A stretch of DNA of 39,898 bases, from contig CAMDMN010000001.1 of NCBI GenBank assembly GCA_945901965.1, positions 1-39,898 on the forward strand, given 5' to 3'. The DNA comes from Legionella genomosp. 1 (GTDB lineage: Bacteria > Pseudomonadota > Gammaproteobacteria > Legionellales > Legionellaceae). Position 1 is the first letter of the stretch, and each line of letters opens with the position of its first letter. The notes below the pieces were generated by a model. The model was given only the letters and a program-made list of their open reading frames with translations, made no database searches and had not been told where the DNA came from. Positions 20,164 to 28,897 of the stretch are shown here, in pieces. Made by a program: the position numbers and the translations under genes.

Positions 20164-20557
20164 AATTTAATTCACTTAAGTCTTTTGTGTTAAATTCTTC
20201 TGGACCATGGGGGATATTTGCAATATTAAGCAAAAGATTTAGATTCTCACCAACACCTCGAAAAGCCATCCATAAACCTGGAGATACGGTTAATCTTTGA
20301 TAATTTTCACATGAAAGGCTTATTTTTAGATGATTGATTCCATCATGTAAAATAAATTCTATCTCCCCTTGAGGCACAATAAGATTAAGGGTCATTTTAT
20401 TATGACGTTTCCAACCCTTGATTTCTTTATATTTTACAGTTGAAAAGTAAGCCTCTCCAAACCCATTATATCCTGAGTCAGAAGCTTTCATAGCATGCAA
20501 CACATTCCCTTTAGTACCGTGAATAATTTTCAATGGGGTTAAAATTACTCCATCCAT
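20156..20557 (-). CDS. Small cupin, RmlC/FdtA-superfamily sugar-nucleotide epimerase or ketoisomerase
   Basis: 133 aa. FGEAYFSTVKYKEIKGWKRHNKMTLNLIVPQGEIEFILHD resembles the RmlC-type core (S-x-S-x-x-G-x-x-R-G-x-H ... K-L-V-x-V-x-x-G-x-x-x-D-V). It sits between CDP-glucose 4,6-dehydratase and the aminotransferase. Confidence 0.5.
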   Translation of the reverse strand: MDGVILTPLKIIHGTKGNVLHAMKASDSGYNGFGEAYFSTVKYKEIKGWKRHNKMTLNLIVPQGEIEFILHDGINHLKISLSCENYQRLTVSPGLWMAFRGVGENLNLLLNIANIPHGPEEFNTKDLSELNYE

Positions 20558-21651
20558 GATTGTCCTTTAACTCTAGAAATATCTTGATATTCTTCAATTT
20601 GCTGACATGTCTTAGACCACATATCAGTCATTTTATGAAAATAATAGTTATGATACCAAGAACCTGTAAAGTTTACAGTTTTATCATAATCTAAACTAGC
20701 TTGCCAAGTTAAATAGCTTAGTGCTTTATCACAATTTAATTTTAATAAAGTGGCCTCATGGAAAGGGATATTATCGATTATATTATATAGTTGGCTATCA
20801 TCAACTAACCCCCATGTTTTAGCCAAAGACTGTAATAAATCAATAACAGTTCTGTTTTGATCGGCGCGTGGACCAAAATTAAAGGCCTCTCCATTAAACT
20901 TTATATCACCTAACAATTTTGAACCTAGTACTAAATATCCACTTAAAGGCTCTAAAACATGCTGCCAAGGTCTAGTTGCCATAGGGCAACGTATATCTAC
21001 TTTCTTCTTGTTGCTCCATGCTTGCATGCAATCAACAACTATCCTATCTTTAGCCCAATCTCCTCCACCTATAACATTACCAGCCCTGGCAATTGCTATC
21101 CTAATGTTATTACTGCCTTGTGAATTAAAGTATGAATGAAAATAAGATTTTATTATTAGTTCAGCACTCCCCTTAGAACCGCTATAAATATCTTTTCCCC
21201 CAAGAAAATCATCTTCTTTATAGCCCCAAACTTGCTCAACATTATCATAGGCTTTGTCACTGGTAATAATGACTGCAGTACAGCTACCTTTATATAACCT
21301 TAAGACCTCCAACAAATTAGCTGTTCCCATTACATTAGTTGATATAGTCTCAATTGGATTTAGGTATGATTCTGAGACAATTGCTTGAGCAGCTAAATGA
21401 AAAATAAAATCTGGCTTTTCCTTCTCAAAAATTTCTCTAAATGTCGATAAATCTCTGACATCTTCCAAATAATGAGTTAATTTATTACTTAATTGTAAAC
21501 AATCAAATAAAGAAGGCTGAGTAGGAATTTTATTAGATATCCCAACAACCGTTGCTCCCAAATTTATAAGCCAAGTAGCTAGCCATGAGCCCTTAAAACC
21601 TGTGTGGCCAGTAATTAGAACTTTTTTTCCTTCATAAGTTTGATTAAACAC
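20545..21651 (-). CDS. rfbG: CDP-glucose 4,6-dehydratase
   Basis: 368 aa. The N-terminus KKVLITGHTGFKGSWLATWL and the overall length are typical of RfbG/DdhB. It has a GTG start and is linked to rfbF. Confidence 0.9.
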   Translation of the reverse strand: MFNQTYEGKKVLITGHTGFKGSWLATWLINLGATVVGISNKIPTQPSLFDCLQLSNKLTHYLEDVRDLSTFREIFEKEKPDFIFHLAAQAIVSESYLNPIETISTNVMGTANLLEVLRLYKGSCTAVIITSDKAYDNVEQVWGYKEDDFLGGKDIYSGSKGSAELIIKSYFHSYFNSQGSNNIRIAIARAGNVIGGGDWAKDRIVVDCMQAWSNKKKVDIRCPMATRPWQHVLEPLSGYLVLGSKLLGDIKFNGEAFNFGPRADQNRTVIDLLQSLAKTWGLVDDSQLYNIIDNIPFHEATLLKLNCDKALSYLTWQASLDYDKTVNFTGSWYHNYYFHKMTDMWSKTCQQIEEYQDISRVKGQSWME

Positions 21652-21654
21652 TAA

Positions 21655-22875
21655 TTATCCTCTTATTCTTTTCCATAACGAATATAATTTGCTATGTAGT
21701 AATAATGATTTTTCCAATTCGTGAAATGTTAATTTCGTATTATTTAATCCCTCTATTAAACAATCAGCTGCAACTTTTATAGAGTGATTTTTTTGATAAT
21801 GATCAAAAGTCTTCTGTGATAGTAAACTTGATGTTGATTTCAAACTAATAACTATATCTTTTAATGTATGACCTTCATTTTTATAAAAATTAGTGTTTAT
21901 TTGCTGAGCCAAACTAAAATCATCGATTTCAAATAGCCACTTATAAAGATAATTATATTTTATTGGCTTAAAACTATAGTCAAGACGCACTGTTGGGACG
22001 CCTAACTTAGCACCTTCTAACGCAGAAGTACCCATTGCAAATAATATATCAACACCTAACAGAAATCCATTTAAATCATCAGGCAAAATCTCTTCAATAC
22101 ACTTGATAGTGATATTATCATAATTATAAAGATCTAATTGTCCGGATTTTTCTCCTGAGCCAACAATAATAAACTCTATAAATTGATCTAAAATAGCAGC
22201 TATATTACTTGCATCTTGAATTAGTTTATTTAAAATATGAATTTTAAAATCTGCCAATCTCCCAACCCAGGCAAAAACAAGTCTATTTTTATTTTTTTCA
22301 CTTACGCAGCCATTAATATATTCATTACTTAATTTTTTATCACTAAACAATGGCATAATTACCGGTAATTTAATATCAATTCTTAAATTTTTCTTAATAT
22401 TATTTACGATGTCATAATCAAGATATGCTACTGCTGAACAATCCTCTATCAATATTAAAAAATCTTGCATTTTTTTATATTCCTGATAAAGAATGCTATG
22501 CCAAATCAACCATGAGAAAAACTTAGGTTCAGCCATTTTTGATCTAAATATTGGCAAAAATGGATAGGCATTAATTGGGATAGTTGTAATAAAATATAAT
22601 TTCACCTGATTATCTATCTTTAACATTGGATAAATAGACCAAGGAGTCATTGTTTGTAAAACTAGAAAACAACCAGCAGGAATGTTTAATTTAATTTCAT
22701 CGCTATATTCAAGAAACTCTATCATTCCTGGTAAGTTTTTAGACATATATCCATCTTTGTAATCAATAACAGATACCTGATATCCTTGTTCAAATAAATA
22801 AATTGCCAATCGAATAAATAACAATGATACTCCACCAACTCCTTTATAAGGAAAACAAAAAATAATTTTATTCAT
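21655..22875 (-). CDS. Putative GT-B fold glycosyltransferase (divergent)
   Basis: 406 aa. It has an N-terminal FPYKGVGGVSLLFIRLAIYLFEQGYQVSVID and a C-terminal GTSALEGAKLGVPTV, a pattern like group 1 GTs, but there is no clear EX7E motif. Confidence 0.5.
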   Translation of the reverse strand: MNKIIFCFPYKGVGGVSLLFIRLAIYLFEQGYQVSVIDYKDGYMSKNLPGMIEFLEYSDEIKLNIPAGCFLVLQTMTPWSIYPMLKIDNQVKLYFITTIPINAYPFLPIFRSKMAEPKFFSWLIWHSILYQEYKKMQDFLILIEDCSAVAYLDYDIVNNIKKNLRIDIKLPVIMPLFSDKKLSNEYINGCVSEKNKNRLVFAWVGRLADFKIHILNKLIQDASNIAAILDQFIEFIIVGSGEKSGQLDLYNYDNITIKCIEEILPDDLNGFLLGVDILFAMGTSALEGAKLGVPTVRLDYSFKPIKYNYLYKWLFEIDDFSLAQQINTNFYKNEGHTLKDIVISLKSTSSLLSQKTFDHYQKNHSIKVAADCLIEGLNNTKLTFHELEKSLLLHSKLYSLWKRIRG

Positions 22876-22878
22876 TAA

Positions 22879-23658
22879 TTACTCTGACCAAACTCGCCAC
22901 TCTGCACATCCATCATCCCAAAGTTGATTAAGCTTCACTTTATCACGAAGTGTATCCATTGGCATCCAGAAACCAGTATGTTTATATGTAAAAATTTCAC
23001 CATCAATTGCCAATTCATTTAGTGGAGCCTGTTCAAATACCGTAGAATCTCCATCCTTTATATAATCAAAAACAGCTGATTCACAAACAAAATAGCCAGC
23101 ATTAATCCAACTACCGTCACCTTTAGGTTTTTCTCTAAATTTCTCTACCCTACCTATTTCATTAATATCTAAGGCACCAAAGCGACCATCAGGCTGTGAT
23201 GAAGTCATCGACATTAACTTACCATGTCCACGATGAAATTTAAGTAATTTATTAATATCTATATCTGCTACACCATCTCCATAAGTCAACATAAATGGTT
23301 CATTACCAATAATCTCTTGAGCTCTTTTAATTCTCCCTCCTGTCATTGAATCTAGCCCAGTATCTAAAAGAGTTACTTTCCATGGCTCAGAACAAGACTT
23401 ATGAATTTTAAGCTCATTTTTTACTAAATCTACCGTAACACTACTTTGATGAAGAATATAATTCGCAAAATATTCCTTAATGTAATATCCCTTATAACCT
23501 AATAAAATAATAAATTCATTAAACCCATAATAAGAGTATGTTTTCATAATATGCCAAAGTATTGGCTTTCCACCAACTTCAACCATAGGCTTAGGTCTAA
23601 GATCAGTTTCCTCACTTAAACGTGTACCAAAACCTCCAGCTAATATCAAAACTTTCAC
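22879..23658 (-). CDS. rfbF: Glucose-1-phosphate cytidylyltransferase
   Basis: 259 aa. KVLILAGGFGTRLSEETDLRPKPMVEVGGKPILWHIMKTYSYYGFNEFIILLGYKGYYIKEYFANY matches RfbF/DdhA. It has a GTG start. Confidence 0.92.
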   Translation of the reverse strand: MKVLILAGGFGTRLSEETDLRPKPMVEVGGKPILWHIMKTYSYYGFNEFIILLGYKGYYIKEYFANYILHQSSVTVDLVKNELKIHKSCSEPWKVTLLDTGLDSMTGGRIKRAQEIIGNEPFMLTYGDGVADIDINKLLKFHRGHGKLMSMTSSQPDGRFGALDINEIGRVEKFREKPKGDGSWINAGYFVCESAVFDYIKDGDSTVFEQAPLNELAIDGEIFTYKHTGFWMPMDTLRDKVKLNQLWDDGCAEWRVWSE

Positions 23659-23673
23659 TTAAATTCTCCCTAA

Positions 23674-24726
23674 CTAATAATCTCTGCAATATTCTTTTAA
23701 ATGCTCGTAAATATAATCAATCTCAAATTTTCTTTGGGTATTTTTCCATAAACCAACACCACTCATTGAATCCTCAGGTTTAAAATATTTTTTTGGATTT
23801 ATATGTACAGTAGCATCCTCTCCAAGAAATTTATAAATTTTACATCTTGTCTTATCATAATCTAGAACCAAATCCTCAAAATATATCATCAAAATCCTCG
23901 AGTCTAAATTAGGACAATTAACTGCTGATCGCTCACGTAAGGTACGATATCTATAAACATAATTTTTTATATCTTCACTGCCACTAAATAATCCCTGTGT
24001 TTTTGAAAACCAATTATTAAAACAAGTTGATAAATACAAATCACGAGGATCTCTGTCAATAATAATTTGTTGAGCGTTTCCTAATAAATCTAAAGATAAT
24101 TTAGGATTATAAGGCTCACAAGCATTAAGTAGAACCATGGTTTTAGCATTATTATTAAAATATATGATTTCCTTAAATAATTTTTCTAAATAAATATTTG
24201 TAATTTTTAAAAAATTCTCTCTTTCATAAATAGTAAAAAACATTTCTTCTGAAAAAAAATGCATGTCAGGGTAAAATCGATATATCAATTTTCTAATAGA
24301 ATTATTCAATTTATTTCTATTTTGAAATGGGTATGAAGATAATCCAATATGTTGGCACTTAATTAATTGATCTGTATATTGCCTAGTAATATTTATAAAT
24401 TCATTATTAAAATAGTGATTATATCGCATACCTGTAGATAGAACCCTACCAAGTAAATTAAACCACTTTGGATTTTGTGCAATTTCTGTAGTTAATTTTA
24501 TAAATTGCTTAATAGCTGTATCTGAGCGTGAAGGAGACCAATTTTCAATTAGATCTTGATAAAGGTTAACCAAGCCATTTTTAATACGCAAAAGAGCAAA
24601 CTCAAAACTATAATGGGGCAGGCAGTATTTTTCATTAAATTCACGCAATAAATCAATAACGGCTCCTTTACCAGATGCACCAAATCCAGACAAATCTAAA
24701 AATTTAATTGTATTCATTAATTTCAT
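23674..24726 (-). CDS. Sulfotransferase-like protein
   Basis: 350 aa. It has an N-terminal P-loop-like LSGFGASGKGAV (5'-PSB-like), IIIDRDPRDLYLS matching the R-[DN]-P-x-D-x-x-x-S 3'-phosphate-binding motif, and a C-terminal IYFEDLVLDYDKTRCKIYKFLGED (the YEDL...FLG pattern of sulfotransferases). Confidence 0.55.
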   Translation of the reverse strand: MKLMNTIKFLDLSGFGASGKGAVIDLLREFNEKYCLPHYSFEFALLRIKNGLVNLYQDLIENWSPSRSDTAIKQFIKLTTEIAQNPKWFNLLGRVLSTGMRYNHYFNNEFINITRQYTDQLIKCQHIGLSSYPFQNRNKLNNSIRKLIYRFYPDMHFFSEEMFFTIYERENFLKITNIYLEKLFKEIIYFNNNAKTMVLLNACEPYNPKLSLDLLGNAQQIIIDRDPRDLYLSTCFNNWFSKTQGLFSGSEDIKNYVYRYRTLRERSAVNCPNLDSRILMIYFEDLVLDYDKTRCKIYKFLGEDATVHINPKKYFKPEDSMSGVGLWKNTQRKFEIDYIYEHLKEYCRDY

Positions 24727-24815
24727 AACTCATTATATTAATTTTAAAAATATCGAGAAATATCTGTGGGTGATTTCTTAAATTATCAACAATCACCTTT
24801 TAATTTAATCTTATT

Positions 24816-25709
24816 TTATAAATTTTTTACAATAAACGACGCTACTCTCGGAACAAAAACCCCGACTTTAGGTTGGTATGCATATTCCTCTTTAAATTCT
24901 ATAAGAGTAAACCCTGCCTGAGTAAGTTGATCAATTACCTCCCGACAATCACGATATAAAAAAATATGATCGGCATGTGGTGCTGTTAAGGCTGCAGTAA
25001 TAAAGGCAACACCATTTTTTTGAAGCATACCACGCAAAGCACTCAAAAAACTTATTGGATCGTCTAAATGCTCTAAAACTTCTACTGATATTAGAAATGG
25101 GAACTTCTCCATTATTTTATTTTCAAGGATATTAAGTTTATTTATACTCCATCTTTCACTAACACCAAAAGCATTAACATGTCTACGAGAAAACTCAATA
25201 GATGCGTCACTTATATCAAAAGCATTAATCCTCAATTGAGGAATATCAGTAAGGCTTATACGACTATAAAATCCAGTACCAACTCCAACATCATACATGT
25301 GTTTCTCATCACTAAGAGCAACCAAAGGCAAAAATTTCTCTCTGAAATAATGTGACTGCCTATAGTGATGTGGCCAAAGATAATGACTTAACATTAGACC
25401 TGGAAGATATTGTGAAAGCATATAATCTTTATTATGATAAACCTCAGCAACTGCATCATCATATTTTTTATATATATATATCCCATCTTTTTCAAACTTG
25501 TTTTGTAGCCGTAAAGTGTCCATTACAAATTGGACATATCCCTTAACTGCATTTTCTATACCTGCATCTGTATAAAACACCTGCAACATTTCTTCAAACT
25601 CATTCGTCCAAATATTTCCATTTTGCATTTTATTTCTTAAAACAACATCTTTCATAAAAGGTGCTGTTTTTTTCATCGTAGCATCTAGAAATGTAATAAG
25701 AGATTCCAT
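24816..25709 (-). CDS. Class I SAM-dependent methyltransferase with a ~130-aa N-terminal extension
   Basis: 297 aa. SAM motif I is YDVGVGTGFYS, followed by downstream FDISDASIE and ISVEVLEHLDDP. It lies immediately downstream of the ACP gene. Confidence 0.8.
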   Translation of the reverse strand: MESLITFLDATMKKTAPFMKDVVLRNKMQNGNIWTNEFEEMLQVFYTDAGIENAVKGYVQFVMDTLRLQNKFEKDGIYIYKKYDDAVAEVYHNKDYMLSQYLPGLMLSHYLWPHHYRQSHYFREKFLPLVALSDEKHMYDVGVGTGFYSRISLTDIPQLRINAFDISDASIEFSRRHVNAFGVSERWSINKLNILENKIMEKFPFLISVEVLEHLDDPISFLSALRGMLQKNGVAFITAALTAPHADHIFLYRDCREVIDQLTQAGFTLIEFKEEYAYQPKVGVFVPRVASFIVKNL

Positions 25710-25970
25710 TTAAGCATCCTGAAATGTTAAATCTAAAGCATCACACACCGTCATACATACCAACTGGAAGCTTCTCATTTCTAAAACCTGACTATCAGAA
25801 AACGTAACATTAAACTCTTCTTCCAATGATACAATTAAATTCATCTGCCCAATAGAATCCCATGACTGAATTGTTTCAGGAGAGGATAAAGGAGTTATTT
25901 CATTTAAATCAATCTCAAAAAGCCTCGAGATAATCTTTTTCACACAATCTTCTACTTGTTGCTTAATCAT
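25710..25970 (-). CDS. Acyl carrier protein (stand-alone)
   Basis: About 86 aa from ATG 25970, which forms an ATGATTAA overlap with the upstream stop. The phosphopantetheine-site context is QSWDSIGQMNLIVSLEEEF (a DS-L/I type motif). Confidence 0.8.
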   Translation of the reverse strand: MIKQQVEDCVKKIISRLFEIDLNEITPLSSPETIQSWDSIGQMNLIVSLEEEFNVTFSDSQVLEMRSFQLVCMTVCDALDLTFQDA

Positions 25971-27705
25971 AAATAAATTCCTTATTAACGTAATCACAAA
26001 AATTTGGTAATTTTAAATTTAAATCATAAGAATACTTTTTAACCCCATTATCAGTAATTAATAGGATAAAACCTAACTGTTCATATAGATTAGATACCGG
26101 AATATTCTTTACCGTTGGAATATATTCTCCATAGAGTATTTTTATACCTGATTTTTTTAGGTCACTAATAACTGACTCAAAAAAAGCAAATTCAATTTTT
26201 CTCCCCATAACTCGACAACTTAACAAAAATGTATCAATACTTGCGGATAACCCATTACTGTCAAATTTAATAATTAACAAACCAACCGTTCCGGCGTCTC
26301 CAAATCGATCAGATACATCTATTGCATAAACCCGACAATACTCTGAAGCAATAAATTTGCGCATTTCTGTTTCGGAGTAACGATAAGTTGTTAAGTTAAA
26401 CTGATTGGTTTTCTGTGTTAATTGAGAAAGACGAGCGACTTTAAAGAGAGGATCTATTCTTATAGATAATGATAGCTGCAAATAACGAAGATAATCATCC
26501 AAACTTTCAAATTCATTTTTTATTCTCATACGCTCATCTTCCAATTGATACATTTTTAATCTTTGCGCATCCTCTAGAGTTTGAACTAAGCCAAAAAAAC
26601 TATTAGCTAGTTTTCTTATAATTGCTGGATATTCATATAAATTACGTGGAACTTGAACTACATCGACCTCTGGAAGCATCTTTCTAATTAAATTAACTTC
26701 AAAATCACTATCATCAACAAATACAATACTATCTAAACCAATATTTAGGGTATTAGCCATATTGATTATATTTATATGTTTTTCCTCCCAATTAACCTTG
26801 CGAATACAAAGATCATTCTCACTTAGTCTCATAGTTTTATCTATTAAAAACAGTTCTTTGACATCTTCATCATTATTTTTACTACAAATTCCAACTAACA
26901 CTCCTCTTTTAATTAGAGCAGCAATAATTGTTTGAACATCTCGATATGGATAACCAATTGGAGTCTCATATTTTTCCAAAATACCTTCTACCCCATCTTC
27001 ACCAACAACTCCTGGCCAAAGTGTATTATCACAATCTAAAATTAGCATTTTTTTAATTTTTCCACGAAGAAATATCAATGGATGCTTAATTTGAGAAGTA
27101 AACACTTTCATCATATTAAGGGTATACAAAGCTTTATGTATGTAATAATTTTGTGGGCTTATTGCGCTGGATACTCCTATGCTTCCAATAATTCTATCTA
27201 TATTTACAATTTGTACATTTTTTCCAATACAAGATTCGAGTATAGAATTCATCGAGTCTACAATCAGATCAAAATTATCTGGTTGTACTTGATTATAGTT
27301 GAATGCCAAAGAAGAAAATCGGTTAAAAAGTACCAAAGGTACATTTTCTAAAATACGGAACAATAATTGTAGCTCAAGCTTACATTTATTCAAAAGCTCA
27401 TCTATTTCTTTATTTGATAAAAGATTAGCCATGTAACTTAGGCTAGGAATATAATTTGCTGCCTCCCAAAAAATAATAACAGCATCACTATCAGAGTATT
27501 TTTCTGCATCTTGAAGAATATTATCATAATCACCAATAATAACATCCGCTTTTATTCCCTCTATTCCTAATTGATATTCCAAAAGATCCTTTATTAAGTT
27601 AACAGTAATATTTGTAAGGACGACAATACGAAAAGGCAAACCACACAATTTTTTCTTCATTTCTCTATTTTGGATTACAATTTCAGAAAAAGATACTTCA
27701 CTCAT
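25963..27705 (-). CDS. FkbH-like HAD-IIIC phosphatase/acyl-loader with C-terminal GNAT-like domain
   Basis: 580 aa. HAD motif I plus the FkbH signature appear as LILDCDNTLWPGVVGEDGVEGI, together with GICSKNNDEDV. The C-terminal ~150 aa (FGDAGTVGLLI...LLSCRVMGRKIEFAFF) are acyltransferase-like, as in the FkbH-domain family. Confidence 0.8.
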   Translation of the reverse strand: MSEVSFSEIVIQNREMKKKLCGLPFRIVVLTNITVNLIKDLLEYQLGIEGIKADVIIGDYDNILQDAEKYSDSDAVIIFWEAANYIPSLSYMANLLSNKEIDELLNKCKLELQLLFRILENVPLVLFNRFSSLAFNYNQVQPDNFDLIVDSMNSILESCIGKNVQIVNIDRIIGSIGVSSAISPQNYYIHKALYTLNMMKVFTSQIKHPLIFLRGKIKKMLILDCDNTLWPGVVGEDGVEGILEKYETPIGYPYRDVQTIIAALIKRGVLVGICSKNNDEDVKELFLIDKTMRLSENDLCIRKVNWEEKHINIINMANTLNIGLDSIVFVDDSDFEVNLIRKMLPEVDVVQVPRNLYEYPAIIRKLANSFFGLVQTLEDAQRLKMYQLEDERMRIKNEFESLDDYLRYLQLSLSIRIDPLFKVARLSQLTQKTNQFNLTTYRYSETEMRKFIASEYCRVYAIDVSDRFGDAGTVGLLIIKFDSNGLSASIDTFLLSCRVMGRKIEFAFFESVISDLKKSGIKILYGEYIPTVKNIPVSNLYEQLGFILLITDNGVKKYSYDLNLKLPNFCDYVNKEFIYD

Positions 27706-28892
27706 ACCATAACTCCCCCGCCATTTACCCGCAAAGTCTCACCCGTAATAAAGTCAGAGTCAGAGCTCATTAAATAGGAAACCGCAGATGCTACATCACT
27801 AGGTTTACCCATACATTTTAATGGGGTTGAACTCTCTATTAATAAACGATTTTTCAATGGAATATCAGCGACTAAATTTGTATCGATCATACTTGGAGAA
27901 ACAAGATTAATTCTTACTCCATATGGAGCAATTTCAACAGCAACTGACTTAACATACCCTACTAGAGCAGACTTTGCGGCGATATAATGAGCCCATTTAG
28001 CCACAGGTTGATCTACAGCTTGTGTTGAAAGAACAACTATTTTCCCATATTTTTCATCAATAAACTTGGGAATGATATTGCTACTTATATTATAAAATCC
28101 CTTCAAATTAACTTCAATTTGGTCATTGATGTCATGCCATCTAAGCACACTAGAATTTAATGATGGAAGTTTAGGAGTAGGGCAAAACACAAACCCAATA
28201 ATATTTGGCATCCTTTTATTTACTTGCAAAATCATTTCTCTTACCGAATCTTCATTTGTTACATCAGCTTGAAATAAAAATACTTGGCTGGAATCAGATG
28301 CAATTTCAGAACGAAGTTTATGAGCCTGATCAGCATTTTTATTATAATGCACAGCAATATCAAAACCATCACCTGAGAGCCTTCTACAAATTTCTCTCCC
28401 TATCCCTCCAGTAGCACCTACTACAAGAACTGCTGGCTTTTTCTGTTTTTTACCAAGATCTACAGAATTTTTCTCAAGATCTTGTTCTTCAATCACCTTT
28501 ACTTTTGCATGACCACTGGTCAATAATTCATTGTGTTGATTAAATATGTTGGTTGTTAATTCAATTACTTCATCACGTAAATACTTTTTAATTACTTCTG
28601 CGCGAACTCTAAGAATATCACCAACTCGAGCTGGCTTTAAAAAATTTAATTGCTGTGACATCCAAAGAGAACCATCTCCAGGGAGCTTCGTACCAATTAT
28701 TGTAGAAATAAAAGAAGCACCTAACATTCCATGTGCTACAGGCATTTTAAAATATGTACGTGAAGCATACAACTTATCAACATGCAGACGATTGTCATCA
28801 CCCGTCAAAGTAACAAACCTCGAAATATCTTCATCAGTAATTTTATGACAGACCTCAGCAAAATCACCAACTTTAATTTCTGAAAATTTCAT
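27702..28892 (-). CDS. Bifunctional MaoC-like (R)-hydratase/dehydratase + short-chain dehydrogenase/ketoreductase fusion
   Basis: 396 aa. The N-terminal hot-dog domain carries the hydratase motif LTGDDNRLHVD. The C-terminal SDR has VVGATGGIGREI (TGxxxGIG) and YIAAKSAL (YxxxK). Confidence 0.85.
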   Translation of the reverse strand: MKFSEIKVGDFAEVCHKITDEDISRFVTLTGDDNRLHVDKLYASRTYFKMPVAHGMLGASFISTIIGTKLPGDGSLWMSQQLNFLKPARVGDILRVRAEVIKKYLRDEVIELTTNIFNQHNELLTSGHAKVKVIEEQDLEKNSVDLGKKQKKPAVLVVGATGGIGREICRRLSGDGFDIAVHYNKNADQAHKLRSEIASDSSQVFLFQADVTNEDSVREMILQVNKRMPNIIGFVFCPTPKLPSLNSSVLRWHDINDQIEVNLKGFYNISSNIIPKFIDEKYGKIVVLSTQAVDQPVAKWAHYIAAKSALVGYVKSVAVEIAPYGVRINLVSPSMIDTNLVADIPLKNRLLIESSTPLKCMGKPSDVASAVSYLMSSDSDFITGETLRVNGGGVMV

Positions 28893-28897
28893 TATCC

